A DNA stretch of 64,000 nt from contig CAXXFK010000001.1 of the NCBI GenBank assembly GCA_963663965.2, positions 320,001 through 384,000 on the forward strand. Reading direction: 5' to 3'. Position 1 is the stretch's first letter, and each line of letters starts with the position of its first letter. The notes beneath the pieces were generated by a model that saw only the letters and a program-made list of their open reading frames with translations, searched no databases and was not told where the DNA came from. Positions 62,310-64,000 of the stretch are shown in pieces. The position numbers were made by a program, and so were the translations under genes. The DNA comes from Sedimentisphaerales bacterium. GTDB lineage: Bacteria; Planctomycetota; Phycisphaerae; Sedimentisphaerales; SM23-30.

Positions 62310-64000
62310 ATGAAGAAGATGGTGTGTTTATGGTTGTCACTGGCTGGTTTGGCTTTTTCACAATGTACTTCTCGACCCATAGCCGATGTTACCGGCGATT
62401 GCGTTGTGGATTTGAACGATCTTTCATTACTGGCCGGCCAATGGCTGATCGATTGCCAGACGAACCCAGCCAACGAAAACTGCTTATCAATTCCCACCCA
62501 TTTCAATACCGGTGATCTGGTAATCACCGAAATCATGGTCAATCCGGATGTCGTTCCCGATGCCCAGGGTGAATGGTTCGAAGTAACCAATATCACCAAC
62601 CAAACCGTCAATCTGGCCGGTCTGCAAATTATCGATCTGAAAACCAATGGCCATGTTATTTCAGAAAATCTCTTTCTGCCCCCGCATAGTCGCGCCGTTT
62701 TAGCCAATAACAATAATCCACTCGAAAACGGCCACCTCCCCGTTGACTACTGCTATCAGGATTTTTCCCTCAATAACGATCAGGATGAAATTATTTTAGT
62801 TTCCGCCTATGGCAGACATATTGATTCGGTTCTGTACGATACAACCAGCTGGCCCATCACGCCGGGTAAATCGATGGGTTTATCATCTGTCTTCACCGAT
62901 TATATCTCGAACGATAATCCCGCGTACTGGTGCGAATCAACCTCGGTCTACGGCGATGGCGACCTGGGCACCCCCGGCGCTACTAATGATTCCTGCGGTT
63001 CGGCCCAGGAAGGTATCCTGGTCATCAGCGAAATCATGATTGATCCGGCCGCGGTAGGCGACGTGAATGGTGAATATATTGAATTATACAATGCCTCTTC
63101 TACCACCATTGACTTGCAGGGCTTCCGCCTGACCGGAGATGGCGCCGATGGATTTACGATCGACCAATCCCTGACTGTTCAGCCTGGCAAATATCTGCTT
63201 CTGGGTACCAACCCCGACACCCAATCCAATGGCGGCCTTACACTTGACTACCAATACAATTACTCCAGTTTAATATTAAATAACAGCGGCGACAGTATCC
63301 TTATAATGAGTGGCATGACTGTCATTGATCGGGTGGATTACACCTCGGCCTGGCCTTATACTTCCGGCGTCGCCATGAGCCTTAATCCCGAATACCTCAA
63401 CGCCGCCGATAATGATGACAAAAATAACTGGTGCCTGGCAACCAGCCCCTATGGCGCCGGCGACCTGGGCACACCAGGTCAGGCCAACGACAGTTGCAAC
63501 AACACCATCCAAATAGCGCCTGGCGACCTGGTCATTACCGAAATTATGTACAATCCCAACGCCGTCACGGATTCCAGCGGCGAATGGTTCGAAATCTTAA
63601 ACACCACAGACCATGAACTCAATCTGGAAGGTTTGATTATCAGAGATGCCGGCAGCGATCACTTCACGATCATTGGCCCGCTACCCATCCAACCTGGTGA
63701 GTACATTGTTTTTGGTATCAACGCTGATCCCGCCGTCAATGGCAATGTGTCCGTGGATTACCGCTACAGCTCAATGTCGCTAAGCAATACCAATGATGAA
63801 ATCATTATCCTGAATGAGACAACCGTGATCGATCAGGTTTACTACAATTGGGATTCTTTTCCCCACCCGCTTCCCGGCATGGCGCTTTCGCTGGGCAGCC
63901 CAATACCAAATGCGACAGACAACGATCTGGGCAGCAAACTGGTGTGGCGCGACAAGTAGTTATGGCAACGGCGATTACGGCACCCCCGGAACCGCTAACG
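62310..64000 (+). CDS. Secreted protein: N-terminal dockerin-like motif + three or more lamin-tail (LTD) domains; runs off the window after an apparent +1 frameshift near 63936
   Basis: ADVTGDCVVDLNDLSLLAGQWL; three repeats of LVI(T/S)EIMxxP...GE(W/Y)xE...GTPG. Removing one A near 63936 restores NWCGATSSYGNGDYGTPGTAN. Confidence 0.85.

Overview
Chromosomal segment of a Planctomycetota bacterium, most likely Phycisphaerae/Sedimentisphaerales-like. This is inferred from the DUF1559-type prepilin protein, PEP-CTERM protein, four Cys-type sulfatases, dockerin-like tags, an ECF sigma/Ser-Thr kinase pair, and murC-murB-ddl-ftsQ with no ftsA/ftsZ after it. About 40 genes are present: peptidoglycan synthesis, polysaccharide degradation (GH43, GH97, GH29, GH53, GH51, a frameshifted BNR/sialidase-like gene, sulfatases, a Gfo/Idh/MocA-DUF1080-CBM fusion), pgi, topoisomerase IV-type parE/parC, ribD, an MCP, a heptaheme cytochrome c, an M32 peptidase and radical SAM proteins. 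I found no rRNA, tRNA, CRISPR array or transposase. The most notable unexplained signals are non-coding. (1) A 25-bp TAA(C/G)-N17-(C/G)TTA dyad recurs in many intergenic regions. (2) At 59.8-60.6 kb that dyad is coupled at near-fixed spacing to an AAACGAACCCAA box, forming a four-unit array inside a mosaic of palindromic repeats downstream of an orphan gene. (3) Two MITE-like fold-back elements have TAA/TTA target duplications. (4) A TGTAACC-N15-TTCAGG motif is duplicated, suggesting an ECF promoter that links a kinase-RDD-pseudokinase-RDD gene to an acyltransferase. All family calls come from motif recognition by eye, not database searches. Several homopolymer frameshifts in the last 9 kb may be sequencing errors.
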